From contig JBAQNC010000078.1 in NCBI GenBank assembly GCA_049303435.1, positions 1-54,752 on the forward strand: a DNA stretch of 54,752 nt. The letters run 5' to 3'. Below are positions 9,195 to 19,162 of this stretch, piece after piece (position 1 is the stretch's first letter; the number at the start of each line of letters is the position of its first letter). The position numbers and the translations under genes were made by a program. Origin of the DNA: Parvibaculum sp. Its GTDB lineage: Bacteria; Pseudomonadota; Alphaproteobacteria; Parvibaculales; Parvibaculaceae. The notes below the pieces were generated by a model, which saw only the letters and a list, made by a program, of their open reading frames with translations, had not been told where the DNA came from and made no database searches.

Positions 9195-10562
9195 ATGGCC
9201 CGCTCCGTCCATAATGAGAACGGGGTGATGGAGACGATCATGCAGAATTTTTCCTGGTTGCAAGCCGACAAGCTCAGCCACACTCTCACCAAGGCGATCC
9301 ATTGGGCGGAGATCAATATCGTCTCGTGGAGTACGCTGGGGCAGGCCGCCTGCATCGTTGTGGCGATTGTCGCGGGCTCATTCCTCTCCACACCTGCCGC
9401 CAAGTGGTTTGCCGCTCAAGTGCAGAAACGCAGACCGCTCGGCTTCATCCGCATCCACGCGTCCAACCGCGAAATCTTTTTCCTGATCTTCACGCTGATT
9501 CTGCTGTGGCTGTCGACGGTGATTGCGCAGGCGGCGCATCTGCCCTCCACGATCCTGCAGACGGTCGCGACGCTGGCGAGCGTCTGGGCGATCATCCGCT
9601 TTACGTCGAGTACAATCGAAAGCGGCTTTCTGGCGCGCCTGGTCGCCGTGTCGCTGTGGCTGCTGGCGGCGTTGAGCATTTTCGGCTTGCTGCAACCGGC
9701 GATCGATCTCGCGGATCGCGCGGCGTTCACCGTCGGCTCAATCCGGCTGTCGGTCCTCTTTCTGATCAAGAGCCTTGCCGCCTATGGCATTCTCTTCTGG
9801 CTCGTGCGGCTGGGCTCCAGCGTTCTCGACCGCAGCTTCATGCGCGCCACCGGGCTGACGCCTTCGCAGCGCGTGCTCTTCAACAAGCTGACGACGATCA
9901 CGCTTTATGCGGTCGCCATTGTCATCGGCCTCAATATCGTCGGGCTGGACCTCACGTCGCTTGCGGTCTTCAGCGGCGCGCTGGGTCTCGGTATCGGCTT
10001 CGGCCTGCAGAAGGTCGTTTCCAATCTCATCAGCGGCATCATTCTGCTGATGGACAAGTCGATCAAACCGGGCGACGTGATCGCGGTGGGCGATACTTAT
10101 GGCTGGGTCAACTCGCTCGGCGCGCGCTGCATCTCGGTGCTGACGCGCGACGGCAAGGAACATCTGTTGCCGAATGAAAATCTGATCACCCAGACGGTGG
10201 AGAACTGGTCCTATAGCGACCGCAAGGTGCGGCTGCATATTCCCATCGGCGTCGCCTATGGTTCGGATATCAATCTGGTGCGCGATCTGCTGCTGAAAGC
10301 GGTGGAAGACCATCCGCGCATTCTGAAGGACCCGACGCCACGCGCTTTGATCATGGGGTTCGGCGACAGTTCCGTCGACTTCGAAATCCGCTGCTGGATC
10401 TTCGATCCGCAGGAGGGCGAGGCAAACCTCCGCAGCGACGTCTATTATCGCATCTGGGACCTCTTCAAGGAAAATGGCGTCGAAATCCCCTTCCCCCAGC
10501 GCGATGTCCATATCAAATCGGGTGGCGGAAACACGGATGGACCGGCGCTTGCGTCCACCTGA
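9195..10562 (+). CDS. Small-conductance mechanosensitive channel (MscS family)
   Basis: GALGLGIGFGLQKVVSNLISG, IKPGDVI, GFGDSSVDF, GVEIPFPQRDVH; exact start uncertain (9195-9240). Confidence 0.93.
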   Translation: MARSVHNENGVMETIMQNFSWLQADKLSHTLTKAIHWAEINIVSWSTLGQAACIVVAIVAGSFLSTPAAKWFAAQVQKRRPLGFIRIHASNREIFFLIFTLILLWLSTVIAQAAHLPSTILQTVATLASVWAIIRFTSSTIESGFLARLVAVSLWLLAALSIFGLLQPAIDLADRAAFTVGSIRLSVLFLIKSLAAYGILFWLVRLGSSVLDRSFMRATGLTPSQRVLFNKLTTITLYAVAIVIGLNIVGLDLTSLAVFSGALGLGIGFGLQKVVSNLISGIILLMDKSIKPGDVIAVGDTYGWVNSLGARCISVLTRDGKEHLLPNENLITQTVENWSYSDRKVRLHIPIGVAYGSDINLVRDLLLKAVEDHPRILKDPTPRALIMGFGDSSVDFEIRCWIFDPQEGEANLRSDVYYRIWDLFKENGVEIPFPQRDVHIKSGGGNTDGPALAST

Positions 10563-10617
10563 GGGCGAAAGGCCCCGCGACACGCAAAAAGCCCAAATGT
10601 GCGCGTGACAGGCGTTG

Positions 10618-10632
10618 TGTTGCGGTGCAACA
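10618..10632. promoter_or_regulatory. Palindrome upstream of the transglutaminase operon (PhaR-like TGC-N3-GCA core)
   Basis: TGTTGC-GGT-GCAACA, about 70 bp before the ATG at 10702. Confidence 0.35.
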
Positions 10633-10701
10633 TGAAGTGGTCAGATGCGCGCCCCGAAACAGGTCGGGGGCCGCCTGCCACCCAAGGAGCTCCGCTCACG
10701 C

Positions 10702-13700
10702 ATGGCTATCCAGGTCGCACTCACCCACCGCACCCATTATCGCTATGATCGTCCGGTCAGCCTCGGTCCCCAGATCATCCGCCTGCGCCCGGCACCGCAT
10801 TGCCGGACGCCGATCCTCAGCTATTCGTTGAAGGTGACGCCGAAGCAACATTTTCTGAACTGGCAGCAGGACCCGCAATCGAACTATCTGGGCCGCTTCG
10901 TCTTTCCCGAAAAGACGAGCGAGTTTCTGGTCGAGGTCGATCTCGTCGCGGAAATGGCGATCATCAATCCGTTCGATTTTTTCCTTGAACAAAGTGCGGA
11001 GAAATTTCCCTTCCAGTATGACGCCTCGCTGGCGCATGAGCTGAAGCCTTACCTCGAAAAGGAAGAGGCGGGGCCGGCGTTGCAAAAGCTGCTCGACGGC
11101 ATCGATCTCACGCCGCGGACGACCATCGACTTTCTGACCGACATCAACCGGCAGCTTCAGGAACGCATCGGCTATGTGATCCGGCTGGAGCCGGGCATCC
11201 AGACCTGCGAACACACGCTGACGACGGAGCGTGGCTCATGCCGCGACAGCGCCTGGCTGCTGGTGCAAATTCTCAGGCATCTGGGATTAGCGTCGCGGTT
11301 TGCTTCCGGTTATCTCATTCAACTGGTGGCGGACGAAAAATCGCTCGACGGTCCGAGCGGGCCGGAGCGCGACTTCACCGATCTTCATGCCTGGACGGAA
11401 GTCTATCTTCCGGGTGCAGGCTGGATCGGGCTCGACCCGACGTCCGGGCTGCTTGCGGGCGAGGGACACATCCCGCTTGCCTGTACGCCGGACGCATCAA
11501 GCGCGGCGCCGATCAGCGGCGGCGTCGAAGATTGCGAAGTCACCTTCAGCCACGAGATGTTCGTGACGCGGATCGACGAACAGCCGCGCACGACGAAACC
11601 CTATACGCCCGCGCAATGGGGCGCCATCGACGCGATGGGCGCGACGGTCGACCGCGAACTTGTCGCCCATGACGTGCGCCTCACGATGGGCGGCGAGCCG
11701 ACATTCGTTTCCATCGACGATATGGATGGCGACGAATGGAACACGGCGGCGACGGGGCCGACGAAACGCGGTATTGCCGCCGATCTCATCGACCGGTTGA
11801 TGCGACGTTTCGCGCCCGGCGGGTTGCTGCATTTCGGACAGGGCAAGTGGTATCCCGGCGAAAGCCTGCCGCGCTGGGCGCTGACGGCCTATTGGCGGCG
11901 CGACGGACATGCAATCTGGGCCAATGGCGAATTTCTGGCGCGCGAAGATCGCGACTATGGCTATGGGCCGGAGGAAGCCGATCTCTTCATGACAGCGCTG
12001 GCGACGAAACTGGGACTGGGCGACGAGACGATCCGTGCGGCCTATGAAGACCCCTGGCATTACATCCGCCGCGAGAGCCTGTTGCCCGCCAATGTCGATC
12101 CGCTCAACAGCAAACTCGATGACGAGGAAGAACGCGCGCGGCTGGCGCTCGTGTTCGATCGTGGGCTCAATGTGCCCAAGGGTTTCGTGCTGCCGCTGGG
12201 CCGACGCCATGAAGCCTCTGGACCGGTGTGGCAATCGAGCGTCTGGCCGACGCGGCGCGAGCGGCTCTATCTTGCGCCTGGCGACAGCGCCATCGGCTAT
12301 CGCCTGCCGCTGACGTCGCTGCCCTGGGTGGACAAGGCGAACTATCCTTACTTTTTTGCGCAGGACCCGTTCGACGAACGCGGGCCGCTGCCGCCGCATC
12401 GGACACATGATCCGCAACCGGTGACCACGCCATCAACCACACCGACGCCGGAAGGCGCGGCGCAACCTTTTGTCGTGGCCAGCGTCAACGATTCCGGCGA
12501 GCGGCAGGTTCAGGTTGGAATGGAACCGCTTTCCAGCGATGCGCCCAAAGGCGAAATCGTCACGGGCGAGATCAAGCCGGGCGAGAGCGCGGCCTGGGTG
12601 GTGCGCACCGCCATTGCGGTCGAAGCGCGGCACGGGCGGCTCTATTGCTTCATGCCGCCGATCGAGAAGCTTGAAGACTATCTCGATCTTGTCTCCGCGA
12701 TCGAGGACGCCGCCGTCGAGACGGGTTTCCCCGTCATCATCGAAGGCTATGCGCCACCGCGCGATCCGCGACTGAACTCCATCGCCGTGACGCCCGACCC
12801 CGGCGTGATCGAGGTCAATATCCATCCCTCGTCAAGCTGGGACGAACTCGTGCAGACGATCCAGCAGGTCTATGCCGATGCGCGACTATCGCGTCTGTGT
12901 ACGGAGAAATTCATGGTCGACGGGCGGCATGTCGGCACGGGCGGCGGCAATCATCTCGTCGTCGGCGCAGCGACGCCTGCCGACAGCCCCTTCCTGCGGC
13001 GGCCCGATCTGCTGCAAAGCCTCATCACCTATTGGCAGAACCACCCCGCGCTTTCCTATCTCTTCTCCGGGCTCTTCATCGGCCCGACAAGTCAGGCGCC
13101 GCGGATCGACGAAGCGCGCGACGACGCGCTTTACGAACTGGAAATCGCTTTCAAGCAGATCGAGAAGGCGGCGCCGAATTGCCCGCCCTGGACCATCGAC
13201 CGGACGCTGCGCAATATATTGACCGATGTGACGGGCAATACGCATCGCGCGGAGTTCTGCATCGACAAGCTTTATTCGCCTGACACATCGACCGGGCGAT
13301 TGGGGCTTGTGGAGTTCCGCGCCTTTGAGATGCCGCCGCATGCGGAAATGAGCCTGGCGCAGCAGGTGTTGCTCCGGGCGCTGATCGCGCGCTTCTGGAA
13401 GGAGCCCTATAAAGCCAAGCTCGTGCGCTGGGGGACCAGTCTGCACGACAAATTCATGCTGCCCTATTTCGTCGAGCAGGACATGAACGACGTGCTCGCC
13501 GACCTGCGCGAGGCGGGCTATCCGTTCCAGAACGAATGGTTCAAACCGCATATGAATTTCCGCTTTCCGCTGCACGGCAAGGTGGTGGTGAAAGGCGTGG
13601 AAATGGAAATCCGTCACGCGCTGGAGCCCTGGCATGTGCTGGGCGAGGAACCGGGCGGCGGCGGCACGGTGCGTTTCGTCGACAGTTCGGTCGAGCGGCT

Positions 13701-14103
13701 GCAGGTGCGCGTGAAGGGCATGGTGGGCGAGCGCCATTCAGTTTCCTGCAATGGCTGGAAACTGCCGCTTCACCCGACCGGCGTCGAAGGCGAATTCGTC
13801 GCCGGACTGCGCTATCGCGCCTGGCAACCCTCGCTGGCGCTGCACCCTACGATCCCGCCGCATGGGCCGCTGGTCTTCGATCTGGTGGACGGGTGGTCGG
13901 AACGCTCGATCGGCGGCTGCACCTATCATGTGAGCCATCCGGGGGGGCGCAATTTCGAGACCATGCCGGTCAACGCCCATGAGGCGGAGGGGCGCAGGCT
14001 CGCCCGTTTCCACGCCAGCGGCCATACGCCGGGGTCGTTTACCATGAATGACGCAGGCCTTAACCCCGACTTCCCTTTCACGCTAGACTTGCGCCGTGTC
14101 TGA
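10702..14103 (+). CDS. Transglutaminase-like domain fused to a DUF2126-type putative amidoligase
   Basis: N-terminal THYRYDRPV..GPQ.IRLRPA; catalytic GSCRD, HAWTE, GLDPT; LTMGGEPTFVS, TPDPGVIEVN, GGGNH, VEFRAFEMPP; AAGGAG upstream of ATG 10702. Confidence 0.9.
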   Translation: MAIQVALTHRTHYRYDRPVSLGPQIIRLRPAPHCRTPILSYSLKVTPKQHFLNWQQDPQSNYLGRFVFPEKTSEFLVEVDLVAEMAIINPFDFFLEQSAEKFPFQYDASLAHELKPYLEKEEAGPALQKLLDGIDLTPRTTIDFLTDINRQLQERIGYVIRLEPGIQTCEHTLTTERGSCRDSAWLLVQILRHLGLASRFASGYLIQLVADEKSLDGPSGPERDFTDLHAWTEVYLPGAGWIGLDPTSGLLAGEGHIPLACTPDASSAAPISGGVEDCEVTFSHEMFVTRIDEQPRTTKPYTPAQWGAIDAMGATVDRELVAHDVRLTMGGEPTFVSIDDMDGDEWNTAATGPTKRGIAADLIDRLMRRFAPGGLLHFGQGKWYPGESLPRWALTAYWRRDGHAIWANGEFLAREDRDYGYGPEEADLFMTALATKLGLGDETIRAAYEDPWHYIRRESLLPANVDPLNSKLDDEEERARLALVFDRGLNVPKGFVLPLGRRHEASGPVWQSSVWPTRRERLYLAPGDSAIGYRLPLTSLPWVDKANYPYFFAQDPFDERGPLPPHRTHDPQPVTTPSTTPTPEGAAQPFVVASVNDSGERQVQVGMEPLSSDAPKGEIVTGEIKPGESAAWVVRTAIAVEARHGRLYCFMPPIEKLEDYLDLVSAIEDAAVETGFPVIIEGYAPPRDPRLNSIAVTPDPGVIEVNIHPSSSWDELVQTIQQVYADARLSRLCTEKFMVDGRHVGTGGGNHLVVGAATPADSPFLRRPDLLQSLITYWQNHPALSYLFSGLFIGPTSQAPRIDEARDDALYELEIAFKQIEKAAPNCPPWTIDRTLRNILTDVTGNTHRAEFCIDKLYSPDTSTGRLGLVEFRAFEMPPHAEMSLAQQVLLRALIARFWKEPYKAKLVRWGTSLHDKFMLPYFVEQDMNDVLADLREAGYPFQNEWFKPHMNFRFPLHGKVVVKGVEMEIRHALEPWHVLGEEPGGGGTVRFVDSSVERLQVRVKGMVGERHSVSCNGWKLPLHPTGVEGEFVAGLRYRAWQPSLALHPTIPPHGPLVFDLVDGWSERSIGGCTYHVSHPGGRNFETMPVNAHEAEGRRLARFHASGHTPGSFTMNDAGLNPDFPFTLDLRRV

Positions 14104-16762
14104 GTCGAACGACCCATTTTCGCCCCGTGGCGCGCCTGACGACCAACCTTCGCTTTTCGGCGAGGCGGGAGCGCTGGGCTATGCGCCGACGACAGGTCTG
14201 CAAATTGGCGGTTTGCCCGCCTTCGACGAGATCGTCACCGGCAATGGACGGCTCCGGCCTCACTGGCAATCGATCCTTGCGCGGCTGGCGCCCTTGAGCT
14301 CGCAGGAGATGAGCGAGCGGGTGGAAGAATCGCGCCGCCTGCTGCGTCAGAACGATGTCACCTATACGATCTATGACGATCCGCAGAGCGGCGAGAGGTT
14401 GTGGCCGCTCGACGTGTTGCCGCTGCTGATCCCGGCGGACGAATGGCGCGAGATCGAGGCGGGTGTATTGCAACGCGCACGGCTGCTCGATGCGCTGCTG
14501 GCCGACATATACGGGCCGCAGCAGATGGTGGCCGAAGGCATTCTGCCGCCAGCGCTGATTGAGGCCAATCCGGGCTTCCTGCGCCCCTGCCACGGCGTCA
14601 ACCCGCAAGGCGGACGCTATCTGCATCTGAGCGCGGTCGATCTTGCGCGCGGGGCGGACGGACGCTGGCGGGTGCTGGCCGACCGCACCGAAGCGCCGAG
14701 CGGCGCGGGCTATGCGCTGGAAAATCGCAGCGTCATCGGGCGCGTGCTATCGGACTGTATTTCAGACATGCGGGTCGAACCGCTGATGCCCTTCTTTGCC
14801 GCCTTGCGCGAGGGGCTCGCCGAGCTTGCGCCGCGCAACAAGATCGATGATGAAAAGCCGCCGCGCATCGTGCTGCTGACGCCGGGGCCCTATAATGAAA
14901 CCTATTTCGAGCATCTGTTCCTCGCCAATCATCTGGGGCTGACGCTGGTCGAAGGTGCGGACCTGACGGTGCGCAATGCGCGCGTCTATATCAAGACGGT
15001 GAGCGCGCTGGAGCCTGTCGACATCATCCTGCGGCGCGTGGACGACATGTTCTGCGATCCGCTGGACCTGAACGCAGACAGCGCACTCGGCGTGCCGGGG
15101 CTGATCGAGGCGACGCGGGCAGGTAATGTGACGGTCGCCAACGCGCTTGGCAGCGGTGTGTTGCAGGCAATGGCCTTCAAGCCCTTCCTGCCTGCGCTGT
15201 CACGGCGACTGCTTGGCGAGGAACTGGCGCTGCCGGACGTCGCAAGCTGGTGGTGCGGCGGCGATGCGGCGCTCGCCCATGTACTCGCCAATCTCGAAGA
15301 TCTGGTCATCAAGAGCGCTTTTCCGACGCCCGGCAATCATCCGATTTTTGGCGCGGACCTCTCGCCCGGCGCGCGCAAGGCGCTGGCGGAAGAGATTGCC
15401 GCCGAGCCGATGAAATTCGTCGGGCAGGAACGAGCCTCGCTTTCCAATGCGCCTGTGTGGCGCGAGGGAGAAATCGAGCCGCGCCAGATTTCGCTGCGCG
15501 TCTATGTGGCCTCGGGACCCGATGGCTTTGTCGTCATGCCGGGGGGACTGACGCGCACGAGCCGCGTCGGCGGCTCGCCCATCGTCTCGATGCAATCGGG
15601 CGGCGGCAGCAAGGACACATGGATCCTCGACGACATGAGCCCGCGCGCGGCAAACACCAACAAGCCGCGCAGCAATGTGGTCGAACTGCTCGACCTGACC
15701 GTGAAATCAAGCGCTGCCGCCACCAGCGAATTGCCAAGCCGGGCTGCTGACGGGCTGTTCTGGATGGGACGCTATGCGGAACGCACCGATGGCGCGGTGA
15801 GACTGCTGCGCACGCTGGTGACGGGGCTGACCGACCCCGCGCGCGGCTGGAGCGTGAGCGACGCGGAACCGCTGCTCAATCTTGCGGCGCGGCTGCAACT
15901 GCTGCCCTGGGTGGAGCCTGAGGAAATTCCCACGCCCGGCATCATCGCGCTGATCCGTCAGTCGCTGGTCGACCCGACGCATCCGACCGGCATCGTCCGC
16001 CATCTGAGGCAGCTTGCGATTGCGGCGGGCAATGTGCGCGACCGGCTGCCGGTCGATTGCTGGCGGGCGGTCAATGCGCTCGACCATCCGCCAAAAAGCG
16101 GGCTGGCGCGGGCAACGCCCGTGCAGATCGTGCTGCGGCTCGACGAGCTTGTGATGCTCAGCACGTCGCTGATCGGCTCGGTCAATGAATCCATGCCGCG
16201 CAACGACAGCTGGCGCTTTCTCGAAATCGGACGGCGGCTGGAACGCGCCATTCATCTCGTCACCGTATTGCGCAATCTTTCCGGCGTGCCGACGTATGAG
16301 CCCGACGACATCCGCCGCGTCAGCGAGAGACGGCAGTTGCAGGCGATTGTGGCGCTGATCGGCGCGCGCATCCTGCCCGGCATGCAGGACAATGGACGAC
16401 TGGAGCGGCGGCGCACGCTGGAAGCGGTGCTGACCAATGCCGAAAACCCGCGCAGTCTCGTCTTCCAGCTTTCGCGCCTGATGTGGCTTCTCGACAATCT
16501 GCCTGCCCCGAGCGCGGACGGGCGCGCCGCCGAAGCGCTGGTCATTCGGGCGCGCGAAGATGTGGAAGCCGCAAACCGGCTCGTCTACAAGGCGATCGAC
16601 GCCGCCTGCCCGCCCGGTCGACGGCTGGAACGCCTGGGCGACAGGCCGGACGAGCGCGATATTCTGCGCAATGCCTTCGCCGCCATCGACAACGTCCTGC
16701 CGGATGTCTCGAACCGCTTGTCGAGCGCCTATTTCACCCACGCCTTCGCGCGGCGCGCCTGA
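14096..16762 (+). CDS. Circularly permuted type 2 ATP-grasp protein fused to an alpha-E (DUF403) domain
   Basis: DRTEAPSGAGYALENR, LTPGPYNETYFEH, VMPGGLTR, QSGGGSKDTW; alpha-E motifs LFWMGRYAER and FLEIGRRLERA; GTG start overlaps the previous stop. Confidence 0.9.
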   Translation: MSESNDPFSPRGAPDDQPSLFGEAGALGYAPTTGLQIGGLPAFDEIVTGNGRLRPHWQSILARLAPLSSQEMSERVEESRRLLRQNDVTYTIYDDPQSGERLWPLDVLPLLIPADEWREIEAGVLQRARLLDALLADIYGPQQMVAEGILPPALIEANPGFLRPCHGVNPQGGRYLHLSAVDLARGADGRWRVLADRTEAPSGAGYALENRSVIGRVLSDCISDMRVEPLMPFFAALREGLAELAPRNKIDDEKPPRIVLLTPGPYNETYFEHLFLANHLGLTLVEGADLTVRNARVYIKTVSALEPVDIILRRVDDMFCDPLDLNADSALGVPGLIEATRAGNVTVANALGSGVLQAMAFKPFLPALSRRLLGEELALPDVASWWCGGDAALAHVLANLEDLVIKSAFPTPGNHPIFGADLSPGARKALAEEIAAEPMKFVGQERASLSNAPVWREGEIEPRQISLRVYVASGPDGFVVMPGGLTRTSRVGGSPIVSMQSGGGSKDTWILDDMSPRAANTNKPRSNVVELLDLTVKSSAAATSELPSRAADGLFWMGRYAERTDGAVRLLRTLVTGLTDPARGWSVSDAEPLLNLAARLQLLPWVEPEEIPTPGIIALIRQSLVDPTHPTGIVRHLRQLAIAAGNVRDRLPVDCWRAVNALDHPPKSGLARATPVQIVLRLDELVMLSTSLIGSVNESMPRNDSWRFLEIGRRLERAIHLVTVLRNLSGVPTYEPDDIRRVSERRQLQAIVALIGARILPGMQDNGRLERRRTLEAVLTNAENPRSLVFQLSRLMWLLDNLPAPSADGRAAEALVIRAREDVEAANRLVYKAIDAACPPGRRLERLGDRPDERDILRNAFAAIDNVLPDVSNRLSSAYFTHAFARRA

Positions 16763-17649
16763 TGCGTTACCGAATTCGCCATACCACCACCTGCGACTAT
16801 ACGGCAGATATTCAGCATGCGCAGCATGTGCTGCACCTGAACCCTCGCCCGCTGCCGTGGCAGACGATGCATCTGAACCAGATCAAGATCGAGCCGCAGC
16901 CCGAAACGCTGGTCGAGCATGTCGATTACTACGGCAATCCGGTGACCTATATCGCGCTGGAAACGCCGCACCGCAAGCTGGTGGTGCAGGTGGATTTTGA
17001 AGTCGATGTCGCGCCGATCGCAGCCTTCGACCTTTCGGCAAGCGCCCCCTGGGAGGCGGTTCGCGACGAGGTGAAGGCAGGCACGACACCGGGCGCGCAG
17101 CAGGCAAACCTCTTCGTCTTTGCCTCCGTCATGGTGCCGCCGCTGCCTGCACTGGCCGACTATGCGGCGCCCTCCTTCACCCCCGGTCGGCCCATCGGCG
17201 AAGCGGCCTTCGATCTCATCTGCCGCATTCACCGCGAGTTCGTATTCGATCCGGTCGCAACCAATATCGCGACGCCGCTCGGCGAGGTGCTGGCGAACAG
17301 GCGCGGCGTCTGTCAGGACTTTGCGCATCTCACCATCGGATGCCTGCGCGCCATGCATTTATCCGGGCGCTATGTCAGCGGATATCTGCGGACCGTGCCG
17401 CCCGAAGGCCAACCCCGGCTGGTGGGCGCGGACGCGACACATGCCTGGATTTCGGTCTGGTGCGGTGACGATTTCTGGCTCGATCTCGATCCGACCAACG
17501 GTATGCGCGGCTCGACCGACATGATCACGCTGGGCTGGGGCCGCGACTATGACGATGTGAGCCCGATGCGCGGCGTGCTGATCGGCGGGGGCTCGCAGGA
17601 GCTAAAAGTCGAGGTGGATGTGGAGCCGCTCGACGAGGCGAGCGCGTAA
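16762..17649 (+). CDS. Transglutaminase-family protein
   Basis: MRYRIRHTT N-domain; GVCQDFAH, RYVSGY, HAW, DLDPTN, GRDYDDVSP; TGATG coupling. Confidence 0.92.
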   Translation: MRYRIRHTTTCDYTADIQHAQHVLHLNPRPLPWQTMHLNQIKIEPQPETLVEHVDYYGNPVTYIALETPHRKLVVQVDFEVDVAPIAAFDLSASAPWEAVRDEVKAGTTPGAQQANLFVFASVMVPPLPALADYAAPSFTPGRPIGEAAFDLICRIHREFVFDPVATNIATPLGEVLANRRGVCQDFAHLTIGCLRAMHLSGRYVSGYLRTVPPEGQPRLVGADATHAWISVWCGDDFWLDLDPTNGMRGSTDMITLGWGRDYDDVSPMRGVLIGGGSQELKVEVDVEPLDEASA

Positions 17650-17655
17650 CCCGCT

Positions 17656-18315
17656 TCAAATCCCGATGAAGGGCTGCACGAGACGCGCAGCAAGGCTCTT
17701 GAAGCGCAGCGGCGCATCGGTGACGGCAAGGCAGATGCAATCCTCGCCCGGCGCGGCAATCGGCATATGTTCGACCGTATCGTCCGCACCCTCGATATCG
17801 CCGCGCGCGAATGTGCCCTGATAGGTCTGGAAGGCCCCGACAAGCACAAGGGTCAGTTCCTGCCCATTATGGCCATGCATGGGTACGGGCTGACCGGCGG
17901 GCACCTTGAGGAGCCGCGCTCTGGCCTGACCATCGCGCGTCTTGATGGGAATATGAAACGCGCCCTTGCCGAGGCGTCGCCATTTCAACGCATGAAGATC
18001 GCCGCCGAGATAGGACTTCAAGGGTTCGGGCAAAAGCGAGGGCACGGCACGCGCCGGACGAACGGGCGCAGGTTCGGATTCGGCGACGGTGTCGTCAATC
18101 GTCTGCATCAGATGGGCAAAGGCGTCATCGCCGACATCGACGGGCGGCAGTTCTTCGAGCAACGCGCCGCCGATGCTTTCGATGCGTTCGGCTTCGGCGC
18201 GGCAAGCCGGGCACAGCGCGAGATGGGTGGCGACCAGAAGCGACCAGGCTTCCGACAGCGTGCCTGCGCCATAGGCGACCAAGGTTTCTTCGGGGAGGTG
18301 ATGGGAAATTTTCAT
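17656..18315 (-). CDS. chrR: ChrR-family anti-sigma-E factor
   Basis: Zn-binding HLALCPAC anti-sigma domain plus C-terminal cupin (HGHNGQELTLVL, H.P..PGEDCICL). Confidence 0.93.
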   Translation of the reverse strand: MKISHHLPEETLVAYGAGTLSEAWSLLVATHLALCPACRAEAERIESIGGALLEELPPVDVGDDAFAHLMQTIDDTVAESEPAPVRPARAVPSLLPEPLKSYLGGDLHALKWRRLGKGAFHIPIKTRDGQARARLLKVPAGQPVPMHGHNGQELTLVLVGAFQTYQGTFARGDIEGADDTVEHMPIAAPGEDCICLAVTDAPLRFKSLAARLVQPFIGI

Positions 18316-18992
18316 TTGTTCGGCTCCTCAGCCAAGGAGATATTATCGTCATCCAGTCGGGCGCGCAGTTTCCCCATAGCGAGCCTCAGTCTGGATTTGA
18401 CGGTACCGAGCGGCAGGTTCAGTTTTTCGGCGATGACCCCATGCGACATGTCCTGAAAGAAGGACATATGCAGCAGGAGTTTTTGTTCTTCGGGCAAGGT
18501 TTCGAGCGAGGCGCGCAAGAGCGCCGCCGACTGTTTCTGTTCGATCGCGGCATCCGCGCGCTGTTCCTCTTCAGGCACGAGGCAGGGATCGTCGGGATCG
18601 AACTCGGGATGACTTTCGCGGCGGAAGGCGTCGATGCGCTGGTTACGCGCGATACGGAAAATCCAGGTCGAAGGCGCGGCCTTGGCCGGATCGAAGAGAC
18701 CCGCCTTGCGCCAGACCTTGACCATCGTTTCCTGCACAAGCTCCTCGGCCTGTTGCGGCGTACAGCCCAGACGCGCGCCATAGGCCTTGATCCGTGGCGC
18801 GAAGTGATCGAACAGCACGCGGAAGGCGGCGCGATCCTGCCTAGCGGCCACGGCGCAGAGGCAGGCCGCCAGATCGTCGGCGCTGAAGTCCTTTGTCGGC
18901 GCATCATCCATCGAAGTTGCAGGCCCTCCATGCGGATGCCGGGGGGGCGGGTTCACCACGGCAAGATGTAAATATGAACGACGCGCAGTCAT
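18312..18992 (-). CDS. rpoE: ECF sigma factor RpoE (ChrR-paired)
   Basis: AEELVQETM, TWIFRIARN..ID, PLGTVKSRLRLA; overlaps the chrR start; exact start uncertain. Confidence 0.92.
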   Translation of the reverse strand: MTARRSYLHLAVVNPPPRHPHGGPATSMDDAPTKDFSADDLAACLCAVAARQDRAAFRVLFDHFAPRIKAYGARLGCTPQQAEELVQETMVKVWRKAGLFDPAKAAPSTWIFRIARNQRIDAFRRESHPEFDPDDPCLVPEEEQRADAAIEQKQSAALLRASLETLPEEQKLLLHMSFFQDMSHGVIAEKLNLPLGTVKSRLRLAMGKLRARLDDDNISLAEEPNK

Positions 18993-19027
18993 AAGGACAG
19001 GGCTCCGGGAGAGGGTTCTGTGTGAGT

Positions 19028-19053
19028 TACGCTCAAAACGAGACCGTGGATCA
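19028..19053 (-). promoter_or_regulatory. RpoE-type promoter for rpoE-chrR
   Basis: Minus strand TGATCC-N15-GCGTA, matching the Rhodobacter sigmaE consensus. Confidence 0.85.
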
Positions 19054-19098
19054 GTTTCGGTTCAAATAAGGCGGCGGCTCGAATTCTCTATTTCCCCA

Positions 19099-19124
19099 TG
19101 ATCCAGCCTTCGGGCGGGTCCGTA
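19099..19124 (+). promoter_or_regulatory. RpoE-type promoter for the fatty-acid modification operon
   Basis: TGATCC-N15-CCGTA. Confidence 0.8.
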
Positions 19125-19162
19125 TGGAGTGGGAAGCAAAAAACGAGAGGTCCACAAGCCCC

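Noticed and set aside
16483..16761. Extended start of the transglutaminase ORF
   Set aside because: Overlaps the upstream gene; the TGATG-coupled ATG at 16762 matches the domain start, so no frameshift need be invoked.
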